This document shows, in pieces, positions 38,411-51,329 of a stretch of DNA of 64,000 nucleotides; within the stretch, counting starts at the first letter, position 1; every line of letters begins with the position of its first letter. The stretch lies in NCBI GenBank assembly GCA_965112155.1, contig OZ218099.1. One strand, written 5' to 3'. A program made the translations under genes and the position numbers. The stretch comes from Podarcis liolepis. Its lineage: Eukaryota. The notes under the pieces were generated by a model. The model ran no database searches and was not told where the DNA came from. It was given only the letters and a program-made list of their open reading frames with translations.

Positions 38411-41400
38411 TTAAGGAGCTCACAGCAACATATATCTAGGGTTAGACTCTTTTATCATTGAAAGAAGCAGTGATTTGCTCAGGGCCATTTAGTGATCTTC
38501 AGTGATATCAGTCCAGGTTGAACAGTCTACCCACTGCCCTACATTAGCTGTCTTAATTCTGATGTCACCCCTAATCATTCAGCAGCCACCCGTAATCCTG
38601 TTGAATTTTTGCTTCAGGGGGAAAAAGGAAAGACCTCAGTGAGCCTGGCAGGTGAAAGAGGGATAAGATAGTGCAGGGTGAGTAAGAACAGGAGTAGATG
38701 GAGAGTATAACTAGACAGAGTAAAGCCTGTTATATTTCTGGTGACACTGAGGGTGATAATGAAACCCTGGCTTGCACCCAAGGCATCTGTAGCACTCCTG
38801 GCTGCCATCTGTGTGCCTCATTTAGTGACTGAATATTCATGACCCTCATTAAACTCTTTCAAATACTTCCCCAGCAGAGGAGCTAAAAATAACTTGGGGA
38901 AGGGGGAGGGTCTCCCCCTTTATATTCTATAAAGCACCCAGAATCTGGTTAAGATAGGAGCCTCTAGTTATCACAAGCAGCCTTTTCTTACTAGCCTTGG
39001 CTCCCAAATGAGTCTGCAAAATGAAAAGTATTACCACCACTCCACAATGTCCAAGTGGCAACATGGTCCTTCTCATCCTGGCTCTCTGTGCTTTCACTCC
39101 TTTTTCTGCCTCTTCTTCCTTTCCTGACTGAGCTCCTAAGCATTCAGAGAGGCTGTATTGAGGGCACTTGCCTGTCTCTTAAGAGGCTGTGATTAGACTG
39201 CTATAGCTTGTTACAGATATGAGGGGAACCATGTGGTCTCTAGGAACTTCCTGCAAGTATAGGAAAGATGTTCAGACTTGAAATAAAATTTTGCACAAAG
39301 TTTAAATTTGGAAAAACTCCTGAAGTTATATTTTTGTTGTTGAATAACCATAATTATTTAAATTTTCATTCAGAATTTGAATTAGATACTCCCTTTAAAA
39401 GAAAACCCTGTCAGTTCTGGTTATTTTTTAGGCAATAGTGTTGCCTAGTAAATTTCTTTTCTACCTTGTTTCCCCCATCAATCTTTTACCTCTAACTGCA
39501 TCCATAACTATCCATAACTATTACTGATAATGTTGTAGAGGGGCTGAAAGCAATTCCCTCCCTCCCCCAAACCCCTGATTTTCCCCAATCAGATTTGAGA
39601 TGGGAGAAATGCACGTAACAGAATGGAAGATACATACATGTAAGGTAAGAGCTGACAGACGGCAGGAGTGGATTGATAGAGTTGGCTAGCTGCCATCTCA
39701 AGCAGTGAAGCAACTAATGTCGCATATCTTATGGGGATTCCTGAGGAATGACATCTGCATTGTTCATTTTTTCAAGAAGACAAATGCAATAGCAGAAGCA
39801 CTGAGCATGCAGTCTCAGGGCCTCTAAACAAAAAATGTTTCTTTCTGTGATTGCTTCTTCACACGCACTTTTAAACTATTCAGTTGTGCTTTTGCCCAAA
39901 ACTTTAAAATACTAATTTCAATGCAACTCCGTTCATGTAGACTAATTTGAGGCCACTGAAACTTTCTGAGTTGTAGTCCCTTTCCATGATGCAAGATTGG
40001 GGTATCTACCTCAGGTGTAGGATGGCCACTTGTGTACATCACCAGAAAAGGAGACACAGATTTACATAACAATTGCACATGCTGATTCATATGTATTGGT
40101 GCAAATCTAGAAATGACCACTCTAATTTAAATAGAAATGCAATGCATCCCATTATAATGAACTGGAGTCCAACAACATCAGGAGGGACACGGGTTCCCCA
40201 TTACTGAAATAAATGTATTCTGAAAGAGTATCCTCTGTAAAGTAGGATATATAACTACCCTACCCAAGTAGAAAATTTTGGATGCTGTTACAGGACAAGA
40301 AATTATAAGCTGTAATAACTATAAGTATTGTTATCTTCTTGAAGGTGAAGGAACCACTTAGAATATTATGTTCCAAGCATCAAACTGTATTTAGCTAGAC
40401 CCAATGAGCTGTTTCTTATAATGTAAGAGAAGGGCACTTAACTCTTAGATATCTTAGCTGTTGGATGGGTACATCACTCTTGAAGAGCATCACACCAAAA
40501 AATAACACTGGTGTGGTTCACTACACCACCTGATTTTTTCTGTTCTTCCATTCGGTCTCAAAACTAGAAGAAAGCAGTAATGTGGTGAAGTTCGTACCCT
40601 TTGAGATTGGTGGAGCAGATGTGTTTTTAAGAACTGTGTCTTGTCCCAAAAACTGTTGGTATAATTTATTTGTTTAAATAAGTTATATGCCACCTTTGAA
40701 TATAAATATCTAACACCAGAAGGTTCAAATTATAGCAGGATGCAACAGCCCTGGGAATTTGTCATCTGTGCACTAGAGGCTCAGAAACAGAGGGATTATA
40801 TCCCTGTGATGTGCATGTGCACACAAAAACACATACGTGTACCAGCACCACCAACTATGTGTCCATACTTATAAGAGTTCAGATTTGCAGCACTTGTCAG
40901 CTATACTGTCAACCTCCTCCTCTAAATTAATAACAGGTTAAACTGTGTGTGGCAATACTCCTTGCAAACCAACTGGATGTGTCATTTTATCATGAATTGT
41001 GTCATTCCCCAGCTGCTGTTAGGATCAGGGAGGGTTCCTAGCTTGTTGCCAATGTCATTTGCTGTATCCCCATGTCAAACATGTTGTTAAATTATGTGAG
41101 GCACACGCAGCTGGCTCACAGTGCCAGAGAGGCACGAGAGCCTTGCAGGGGTTATGTGTGGAGAGTGTTCTTTTGGATACTTTCCTTCTAAGAGCTCTCA
41201 GCAGGAACCTTATACTAGGAGTCTTTATTAAATGGCCTGAAGCCAAGGACAACAGCAGGCAAGGATCCAAGCAGGGGACAGGTAGTAAGGAGGAGAGAGA
41301 GGTGTGAGCAGCTTGGGCACATTCCAAGGAGATCACATATTCACCAGCTCCGGAGCCCAGCACTGTTAAAGAGACAGGACAAGCGCACAATTTCCTGCAC

Positions 41401-42049
41401 AGCTTTGCCAAAAAGGGTATGTCTCTGCCTAGATAATACCATTTGGGAATTTTCATCAGTGCTGTTCTGCAAACAACAAGTCTAAGATACTGGAATACGT
41501 TAGAAAAGCCATTTTGTGCCCAATTGGATACAACAGGTGGTACATGTTATGTGCCCCTGTGGTACACCAGGTCAGCTCTGCTTCCCCCTCACTCCTTTTG
41601 GCACGAGTGAGTTTCTGTTTGTACTCTTTCTCATGTTTTCTAATCTTGAGCAGTCTAACCCAACTAACCACTGAGTTGCAAGTAAGTTCCTCCCAGTCTC
41701 CTGGCTCCGATTTGTAGATGCAGTACTTGGACTCTCAGCTCAATTATTGTCAAAAGCTTTATTCCAAAGTTCACTACACAGTCTAAACATAGATCAAGTT
41801 ATAGGTGCACAGGTCTCGAAGATACATAACTAGGTGCAAGCTGAGATGTTGTCTCAACACTTGACACACTCTTGGCTCTCCTTTTGAAGAGCAGGGTGGG
41901 CACAATCATTTGGATGGGTGGGCAAACAAATGGGTACTACTGCAAGTCAGCTGGGTCTGCTTACAGTGGCCCAGCCGACAGTGAACCCTTAGATGATGTT
42001 GTCAGGGTTGGTGCAGCTGGTTCACTGACCAACCTAGGATCAGATGCCT

Positions 42050-42254
42050 CATAGAATCATAGAATCATACTTTCCCGCTGGAGCAGTACCTATTTGTCTA
42101 CTTGCACTTTCTGGTGTGCTTTCAAACTGGTAGGTTGGGAGGAGCTGGGAACGAGCAACAGGAGCTCACCCCGTCGTGGGGATTCGAACCTGCCGACCTT
42201 CTGATCAGCAAGCCAAAGAGGCTCAGTGGTTTAGACCACAGTGCCACCCGTGTC
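42050..42254 (-). mobile_element. Sauria SINE 5' part ending in a CR1-type (ATTCTATG)n tail
   Basis: The minus strand reads gacacgggtggcactgtggtctaaaccactgagcctc...ggttcgaatcccc...ggtactgctccagcgggaaagt (Sauria SINE head with A/B boxes), then atgattctatgattctatg. Flanked by TCAGATGCCTC / TCAGATGGCTC. Confidence 0.8.
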
Positions 42255-43827
42255 AGATGGCTCTAGGGTCGTGCTTTCTCTTGACAAACCACTGAGCTCC
42301 TACCAAGCATCAAAGCATTCTCAGCGTCAGGCTCCACACACTATTCCCAATCCTCCTCCTCCTTGAACCAACCTTGCCAAAAAGTCTCCATGAGGCTCAT
42401 GATAATCAAGGCTTTTATTAGCCATGTCTCTAGTCCCAGGGAAAACACAGCAATGCCCTGTCATGAACCCAGAGCTCTTCATAGTTTGTTCACTGACTAT
42501 ATAGACAGACCTCTCCCAGTCCGAATGAACATATCAGTGTCCTATTTCCCTGTTTACAGTATGAAAATCAGGCATCCTTGTAATGCTGCAAAGGTAAATC
42601 ATGAATCAGGCCACATGAACTTCAGAGAAGGTTCTGGGACATTTGCAAGATACTACTCTGATAATCAAATCTTACCCTTCTGATGTCTTTGGGGATTTGA
42701 AAACACAAATATGGACGTAACATTGGGAGAGTCTCAGGTGCAGGGAGAGTAAGAGCATTCCTTAGATACACCTGAAAACCTGAGCTTGTTTACACTAGTC
42801 TAAGTTTCCAGTAACCTCCAGCTATGGTGGATAGATGCAAGGGAAAGAGAAATTATAAACTGCTTAGCATGGAATTGTGTCTCCAGCTAGTGGCTGGTTG
42901 CAGTGAAGGTATGAAATTCTGTCCTGTGAAGATGGTTTCCCTCTTTTGGCGATTTTGTTGGTCAATGTGCAACAAAGAAGAGGTGGCATTGATACAATAA
43001 TGGTTAGAACTGATGGGATAATTGGTACTCTTTGCAGTGTATATCTCATGCCTTTAAAAAGTTTGCAGTTCAGTCAAGCAGCAAAAACGATATCATAGAG
43101 CTCCAGAGGTGATGGTGACACCAGGAAGAAGCAAACTAGTTAAGCCAACAAATGCTGAAGTTTATCTGGTGAATGAACCTGTTCACAGAATTCAAGGCCG
43201 TTTTAGAAACAATGCATTGCTGAAAGCCACAGGGCTAATCCGGCTTTTTGTTCCCCCTTCCATAGCCAACCTCTGGTCCATGACCAAATCTTAGTTCCCT
43301 CTCATGGCAACTAAGCTTCTTTTCACAGCCTCTTATGAGGGATTCTGTCAAAGGCTTTTTGAAAGTGCAAATAAAATGGTGCCCCATAATTCCCCTTTAG
43401 CCGCTGCTGCTTTGTGGACTCATTAATAATGTATGAGGCCAACTTCATCTCCGTGTTTCCAAACACAAGCATCCTGCCCCGATTCACCTCCCCATCCCCT
43501 CAAAGCTAAGTGAATTGTTTTCTTCAGCAGATGAGACTTTATGAATTGTTTGGCCTTATGCATGCATGAGGTAGCACTGAAGGGGACTTCAGCCAATACG
43601 TGCCATAATCTTGTCTGTAGATTTGTTAAATATTTATTTTATTTAGTTCATTTGAATTAGGTCAGCTATGTACCTGCAGCATGTGTTGCTGATAGAGACA
43701 CATCCCAGAATTTCTACAAAGACAGCCAAGCACATCCTTAAATACACAATGAGTTAATCTGCCGTTGCTTATGAAGAATTAACCTTCTTTGTCACTTAGC
43801 CGTTCTAACAAATTAAAATATTACTGT

Positions 43828-44167
43828 GGGTAGTAGCCAATGAGAGTCCTACTCAGAGTAGAACCTTTGAAATTAATGGAAATGACTAATTTTAAACTAT
43901 TGATTTCAGTGGGTCTTCTCTGAGTATACTGTACCTCGGGTTAAGAACTTAATTCGTTCCGGAGGTCCGTTCTTAACCTGAAACTGTTCTCAACCCGAGA
44001 TACCACTTCAGCTAATGGGGTCTCCTGCTGCCGCCGTGCCGCCAGAGCACGATTTCTGTTCTCATCCTGAAGCAAAGTTCTTAACCCGAGGTACTATTTC
44101 TGGGTTAGCGGAGTCTGTAACCTGAAGCGTATGTAACCCAAGGTACCACTGTAGTTGGATACAACCC
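43828..44167. mobile_element. PIF/Harbinger-like hairpin MITE hosting a nested Tigger-type MITE
   Basis: Ends GGGTAGTAGCCAA / TTGGATACAACCC; 3-bp TSD TGT; inner arms tactcagagtagaacctttgaaattaat / attgatttcagtgggtcttctctgagta. Confidence 0.7.
43929..44151 (-). mobile_element. Tigger/pogo-type MITE, copy 5 (reverse orientation; left TIR eroded)
   Basis: Reverse complement of copies 1-4 and 6; right end ...GGTACCACTG|TA. Confidence 0.9.
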
Positions 44168-46072
44168 TGTGATTCTGCAGGGCAGATTCTGGAACATACA
44201 CATTTTTAGGGACATGCATCAAACAGTTGCAGCCAGTTTTGAATACCTGCCTTGTATTAAATAGACACAATACAGTAATTTAAATTGTGATGGTTAATTG
44301 TTAGTATATTCTTCTCTCTGCACAGAGCAGCTACATAACTATTCCCTTAGTAGCTGCCTAACTTCCTCACAAAGTCCTTTTTTGTTACAACTGGAGCCAG
44401 ACCTCTTCTTAAGCAGCTTTGCCAGCTTCTCTGGAATCACCCAGCACAGAAGGTATCGCTTTTGATTAGTTCTACAGATTGGCTAAGAGCCACACACCTC
44501 TGCTTTTCTTTTGAGGCCAGAGGCAGGGAGAATGCGAGTTCCTTCTGTCAGGACACTTGAGAATGGAGCTAAACACACACACATGTATGTTTATGTTCAC
44601 AAAGACCCATTTGTAGGGGTGACTATTTGGAGTGAAGAAGCAACAGGTGGGAAAAAGTTAAGCATCTCCTCAAAAATCACCTTAGAAACAACAGCTGTCG
44701 GGCACTTATTATACGCATGTAAGTGTAATATGTAGTTCTGTCCTCAGTCACACTCTTTGGCGATCCAAAGCAGACTCCCTTACCAGGGCCAGCCTGCATA
44801 TCTGGAGGTTTGTGTCAAGTCTGCTGTCAGTTTCCCCCTCTTGGTGTTTTATATACTTTGTACCTTATTTCCCCTGTCATTTGTAATGGGGTTCTTCTGG
44901 TCTGTCTTCTAAGCCCAGATAGTCTTCAACTTTTAAAATGAAATTTTCTGGTGCATTGACAGGACATAGGAATAGAGCTCCTGGCCTGGGGTAGAGATGA
45001 GTAGTTTTGGGGAGGTTTGGGTTGAAGGCCAGTAATGTCTGGTGGGACCCTGCAGGTTTTCAATGCATCCAGGGCATGGCTTAAAAAGGTGCTGTTTACT
45101 TAGATGAGGTAATAACTTAAATGTTAGGTAATAACAATAATAGTTATATCCGCCCCGCCCGCCCCCCACTTTTCTGGCTTTTCTCCTGCCACCTGAAGAT
45201 ACTTTATAGAGCAATTTCCAGAGAAATAGCTATGTTAGTCTATTATAGAAGAAAGAACGGAAACTCTTGTACCACCCACGTTAAAGTCCAACAAATTTAT
45301 AATGACAAAAGTTTGCATGGACTCAAGATGCCTCTCCCAAAGGAGCCATTCAACTTGGCATCCCTTCTCTCTTTCCTCTCACTATGGGAAGTATTTGCAT
45401 GAATCCAGAGCAAGGAATTTCAAGTAGTGGCATCAGATTTTGGAACTTCTGACCAAAGGACATATTTGTAAGCACAAATTTTGAATCTTTCTGCAGATTG
45501 GTGGAAAATATACTCTCTGGGAAGGATTTTTTATCTCCTGTCTACTTTAGTGACACGTTACTTAAATAATGTCAACTTTTCTGATTGGTTTATTACAGCT
45601 GTTTTTTGTTGTCTGTTAGCCATCCTCCCTGTTTATCCCATTGTGGTTTATTTCACTATATATGGCAGGTCTGGAGAGCCAAGTGTCTCTCTTCAGGCCT
45701 CTTTATCTGCCCTTCATGACTCACTCTGGCCCAGGCCCCTCTCTCCACACTCTTCCTTGGGTGCTTTTGCCTGGTTGACCTGCATTTGTGAACTGTGACA
45801 ATGCCTCTTCCTTGCTTGGATGGAGGATGGAGGGTTTCTTTTGGTAGTGGCTGAATTTTACTGTAGAAACCTAGATCCTCAATATATCCCAAAATAAATC
45901 TTATTGGAGATACTGGTAATATACACGAATAAATCCTTCCAATAAACAGATTGTTTTTGTTGTCCAAATCTGTTTTGTACAGAACAGGTCATAGTAACCA
46001 TGCGCATGAAATCTCATAGTGATGAAACATACAAAGTGCACCTTTGAGACTCTGGAATTTTCCAGTGTGGTG

Positions 46073-46358
46073 GAAAAGCCAGTGTGGTGTAGTGGTTAAG
46101 AGCGGTAGTCTCGTAATCTGGGGAACTGGGTTCGCGTCTCCGCTCCTCCACATGCAGCAGCTGGGAGACCTTGGGCCAGTCACACTTCTTTGAAGTCTCT
46201 CAGCCCCACTCACCTCACAGAGTGTTTGTTGTGGGGGAGGAAGGGAAAGGAGAATGTTAGCCGCTTTGAGACTCCTTAAAGGGAGTGAAAGGCGGGATAT
46301 CAAATCCAAACTACTACTACTGCTCTTCTTCTTCTTCTTCTTCTTCTTCTTCTTCTTC
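46073..46358 (+). mobile_element. Squam3-like SINE with (CTA)n(CTT)n tail, copy 2
   Basis: agccagtgtggtgtagtggttaagagc...gggttcgcgtctcc head, MIR/CORE-like body and microsatellite tail; near-identical to 11543-11797. Confidence 0.85.
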
Positions 46359-47461
46359 CCCTGCAGTCCTACACTTCCTTCTTTGTCCTCTGATCTTTTT
46401 ACTCTTATAGTGTCTTTTCAGCTCCTTCTCTTTATGTCACTGGCTGATCTGTTCGGATGCTACAGGATAGCTTTGTAGGCCTGTTGGCAGCCACTACTTA
46501 GCTGCTCTGATGTCAGAGAGGGGCCTGGCATCTGCAGCCTAAGCAGCTGAGCTGTTTGGGGGATTAACAGGATTAGGGAATTTCCCTAATAAACTATTGT
46601 TAAATTAAATCACATAATGATTGCCAGGAAACACTGTGGGTTTCAAAGTAATCCTTGTTGCTGTAGATGAGTAAGCAGTTTCAAAAACCAAGCAGAAGAC
46701 TCTTTCTGCTGATGTACATGATGATGATAATACTAATAGTTGGTCTAGAATTTGTTTTAAAATCCTTTTATCCTTTTGAGTTCCAACTTTCTGTAGTGGT
46801 GAGCAAGGAAGGCAACAACTTGAAGATGATGATAATGATGATAATGTATTCCCTTATCCTCAAAGAGGAAGGGGAAACAGAGGTCTGAGTCAGCAACAGT
46901 TCAACCCCTTGTTATATTTAATATGAAAAGATCCCCTACAAGTATATATTCCCTGCCTGTGAAGTTCACAGTGGCAAGAAATGACTCCAGCCCTACTGCA
47001 TGCCCTCCTCCCAGTGAAAATGCTAGGATGGTGGACATGTGTTCTATATTAGAGCCTGTTGTGGTCCAAGTCCAGTTTTAAGGTAAAAAATTAGTAACCT
47101 TGAAGTTCTCCAGCCACATTTATGTCTCTGCATAGCCTACTGAGCAAGCACAAAGATCACATGGTCACCGTCTGTTTAAATTAGAGTGGTTGGTTGTAAA
47201 ATTGGATAGATAAATTAGCATACACATTTCCCCCTGCAAATCTGTGTCCTTTCTGCCCTCTTTTTAGATAACGCATTTCCTCTTTTTTGGCAACATGCAA
47301 ATGGCCACTCTAGTGGCATCACTCCTGCACAAGCAAAAGGGCATGTGGTCTAGTGTGTAATGTGTTGGACCTGGGTCTAAGGATTTGGTGGAACCTAGGC
47401 CTTGCAATGTCATTGACGCATCAGTGGCTTAGAAAAATTGTTACCATGAATAATGTATTTA

Positions 47462-47463
<2 letters not shown>

Positions 47464-47512
<49 letters not shown>
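47464..47512. repeat. (ATT)n microsatellite
   Basis: Directly visible. Confidence 0.95.
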
Positions 47513-47513
<1 letters not shown>

Positions 47514-47566
47514 TGTAAATTTATGCAATATCAAAGAAAACAGGAAAATTATAATGACCCGTTGTA

Positions 47567-47646
47567 CAGGGTGAGTCCTTTAAAAGAGGCCCCGTGGATA
47601 CAGAATACACATGTTCCACGGGGCCTCTTTTAAAAGACTCACCCTG
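47567..47646. mobile_element. 80-bp Tc1/mariner-type hairpin MITE
   Basis: 32-bp TIRs with one mismatch (CAGGGTGAGTCCTTTAAAAGAGGCCCCGTGGA), 16-nt spacer, TA TSD. Confidence 0.88.
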
Positions 47647-48676
47647 TATGCATATGCTAGATAAAAAATTCAAGTCACTTTGCATGTGAAGCTGCTCCCA
47701 CTTCTCTTCTTTGCTGGGAGGGAGGCCAACTTTCTGGATTATTTATTTCAGGAAAGGGCCTTTTCAGATGGAATTAATTTGTTTATCCCCATACTGTGTT
47801 GATCAGTCTGCCCTTACACCCATCAGTTGGAACTCAGTGCAGTTATACTGTAACAATTGTTGTTAATGATCAATCTGCTTGCATCTGAACTTTGGCTTTG
47901 GTTGAAAGAGAGCCTTCCCCCAAAGGCATGGTAGAATGTCAGCTGAAAGTGAAGGTGTGAGATCAGTGCCATATGCAGGTCAGGTGCCGCCTGGCTAATT
48001 CTTGGACACTGCAGATTTAAGATATAGGTGCAGTATTACTCAAGAGTGCTTATTTGTGAATATCTTGTGGGTTCTGTGCATGGACAGACATACTACTTTC
48101 TTTTTTAATTTAAAAAACATATTAGTTTCAAAACAAATGTTTTGTAAATACATTAACAGAAAAACAAACATGGGTTTGTGGATCAGGACTAGCCCTTGGG
48201 ACCAGTTGACAATGCTTAGACAGGCTAGTACTGCAGCCTGGATGGCACCCTTGAATGCAGAACAAAAGAGCACTAGAGCACGAATAATGGAAACCCCATC
48301 CTGCCTTCTTACCTGTAAACTCACTTGCTATGAAACGAAATTCCCCTTTCACAGTTTATGAGCAAAATTGGCCAAGGGTGGCCTGTATTGGCTGGAACAA
48401 AACGTCTAATACATTGCCTAAGATTGGGCAAAAACATGTGCACTGTGTGACTCAAATTGATAAATTCAGACTAGGCCTTTTCCTAGACCCTTCTACTTTT
48501 CCATCTAGTCATCAGGTGAGAAACATTCAGTGAGGAAAACCGTGGGGAAAGTGGACTCAAGATTGAAGTCTTGTATGTTAGTCATTGCCATGTCCAGGGG
48601 GGCAAGAGGCGGGGATATCACACAGTTTCCTTTCTACCTGCCAGGGATCTTTTTCAGTTCTTTTGGCACCTGAAAT

Positions 48677-48821
48677 CAGTGCTTTTTTCTGGGGAGTACG
48701 CAGGGGTACGCATACCCCTAAACATTTTGTGAATCTAAGTTTGGCCTCATTGAGGATCAGTATTTCAATATGAGTAGGGAAATGAGAGTACCCCTAAACA
48801 TTTTTTAAGAAAAAAGCACTG
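48677..48821. mobile_element. hAT MITE
   Basis: Perfect 14-bp TIR CAGTGCTTTTTTCT; perfect 8-bp TSD CCTGAAAT at 48669-48676 and 48822-48829; internal direct repeat tacccctaaacatttt. Confidence 0.9.
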
Positions 48822-49444
48822 CCTGAAATAATTAGTGCCCCATGACAGAGTGATGTGTACACAACAGTTCACACATGAGAATGTCAGACTCCGAGAGTAC
48901 AAATGGCTAACACTGAAGAGCTGGGCTCCTGGAGTTGCAATTCACAGCTTTATAGAATCTTACTTTGGTCCAGAGCTTCTGTAATTAAGTACATACATAT
49001 TTCCTGTTTGATGGGTTCTTGTTATGCATTGTGGTTGCAGCTTCCAGATTACATTCAGACCTTTGCTAATTCTTTGGCACAATCAGTGTTAGGCTGATGT
49101 ACTACAGGCCTCAGAAATGGATCCTATATTCCAATATGAGTGCACCTAAACTCATTGGTTTTCAATGGGTTCAGCCACATCTAAATGCATAGGATTAAGC
49201 TGATGTAGTCTGATGAACCAAACTGTATTAAGAAATAGGATAGTTGCCAGGTGTGTAATTTATTGACATGGATTGCATGCAAGTATTTAATTGCATCTAA
49301 GAGATAAATGTGCTCCAGTGTTTGGGGAACCTGATGGTTAGTTCCAAATCATGCTTGTTACTTATAGAGATGTATATGTTGCACCAGGAAACACAGGATG
49401 AGCCATTTAATATAACTCTTGCCTGGTGTTTTTCCTCCCACCAG

Positions 49445-49605
49445 AGCTCAAAGCCACCAGCACTGCCCATTTCTTCAATTTCCTGCTCAACTCAACCGAT
49501 TATCGTATTCTACTGAAAGATGAAGATCACGATCGCATGTATGTGGGGAGCAAAGACTACATCCTATCTCTGGATCTTCATGATATCAACCGGGAGCCCC
49601 TGATT
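49445..49605 (+). CDS. SEMA3F: Semaphorin-3F coding exon (161 bp, phase 1 to 0)
   Basis: Acceptor tttttcctcccaccag|AG CTC AAA; donor CTG ATT|gtaagg. Encodes (E)LKATSTAHFFNFLLNSTDYRILLKDEDHDRMYVGSKDYILSLDLHDINREPLI, inside track ORF 49426..49806. Confidence 0.97.
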
Positions 49606-49859
49606 GTAAGGGTATTTCTCATTTTGTACCAGGAGCAGACAAGGAACATCTGGAAGGTTTTGTGGGGTGGAGGGCTGCAAAATGACCAACTATTTCCATG
49701 TGATGAGTATGGATTAGTAGAGTGGGTTCAGGGGCACATTTCTAGTTTTGAGAGAATGCTATGGATACCAGTCATAAAATGGCTGCTGCCAGGGGGAGTG
49801 GCTTGACACAACATTGGGAATACTGGGAATATTCCTATATATCAAAACATCAACTGATT

Positions 49860-50045
49860 GGTTGACCTGGGAGACCAGGGTTCAAATCACCACTCAGCCA
49901 TGAAGTCCACTGGGCGATTTTGGGCCAGTCACTCAGACTAACCCTGCCTCACAGGATTTCTGTGAGGATATAATAATGAAGGGTAGAACTATGTATGCCA
50001 CCTTGAGCTGCCTAGGGAATATTATTGTGAAAATGAAAATAAATA
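49860..50045 (+). mobile_element. Older MIR/Squam3-like SINE fragment
   Basis: gacctgggagaccagggttcaaatc..cactcagccatgaag..cactggg..ttgggccagtcac..cctcacagg..tgtgaggata: B box plus CORE-like body. Confidence 0.7.
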
Positions 50046-51266
50046 CACCCTTCAGAGCAAGAAAAACAACAAGACAAGTCTCAAGGCAAGTGGGGAAAGT
50101 ATCTCCTTTGCCACCGCCTCCCCCACTCTAAATCAAATTCAAGGAACAGCAGGAAGGCAGTCAATGAAGCAAGTGGGGATGGCATCCCAGTTGTCTCTTC
50201 TCTGCCTACCCCCCACAATGCCCTCCAGAGCTAGAAACAGGGAAAACAGACCCATCACTGATTCTCATGGAAGACGTTAAATGCTCTTGCTATTTCTTTT
50301 TAGGGCTGATCCAGGTGATTAGTCAGTGTGTACCCTGACTATATTTTGGTCTCACAAAATATATAAAAGTTCTTACAGAACTCTTAGTTTTACAGAATAA
50401 ATATTCTTCATTAGACATTTTAGTTGCTTGCTACCCAAAGGCCTCCAAGCAACATATAACACCATGCTATGCAACACTATTTATGCAAGGCACAGCGGAA
50501 AGGCAAAAGTGTGATATACAGAGTCCACATGTAATTGTTGGGTGGAAGTAGCCATGCTGCAGTGGGATAGCCTTGCTGAGGAGAATCATGGCCACTTCTG
50601 TTTTCATCTGATGGGAGAAATACAGTTCAGTCCTGGAGAGGGGAAAAGCACACAACACTCTTCAAATAACTTCTCTTATCAACAAATTACAAAAATGCAG
50701 AGACATCGTCAGCATGAGCAGTGGCTTGCAGGGCTACATGAACATACCTGAGAGTGAGTGCTTAAATTCTAAAGAGCATTTTTAAATAAAGTTTTATTTA
50801 TAAAAAGATTAAAATTAATCTTCTTAAAAGTAACAAGATGATGAAGGTGCAAAAGGAGTCACTATCACTGCTGTTGCTACAAAGCAACAATCCACTAGGT
50901 GTCTGTGACACTTCCATGCAGCATCTTGTAACAAAATTGATGCATTTTTGTCACATCAAAGGGTGGGTGAATTAGTTTCTCACAAATATTGTGGGAAATG
51001 TGATACTCCCTTCACCCAAAGTGTTACCTTTAGAAAACACAAATGAACCTGACAAGTGAACGCTTGATGCCATACAAATTGATAATTTTGAAAGGTCCTT
51101 AGTGACCAGTGCTTTAAATTAAAATCCACCTTCCCAGAAAACTTGATGGTTTGGGATTAGATTTAGAAGTGGGATAGATACATCCACCCCTTTTTAATAT
51201 CTCTCTTAGCATGATTCTGCGGAGAATTATAATTAAAAGGCTGAAGGTTTTGTATTGTTTTGGCAG

Positions 51267-51329
51267 ATCCACTGGCCTGCGTCTCAACAAAGGATAGAAG
51301 AGTGCGTTCTTTCAGGGAAGAACAGTAAT
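51267..51329 (+). CDS. SEMA3F: Semaphorin-3F coding exon (63 bp, phase 0 to 0)
   Basis: Acceptor tgtattgttttggcag|ATC; donor AAT|gtaagt. Encodes IHWPASQQRIEECVLSGKNSN (recalled human: IHWAASPQRIEECVLSGKDVN). Confidence 0.96.

Noticed and set aside
41710-42400. Possible minus-strand solo LTR around the Sauria SINE
   Set aside because: Only a TTTATT signal and base composition suggest it; TG...CA ends and a TSD could not be defined.
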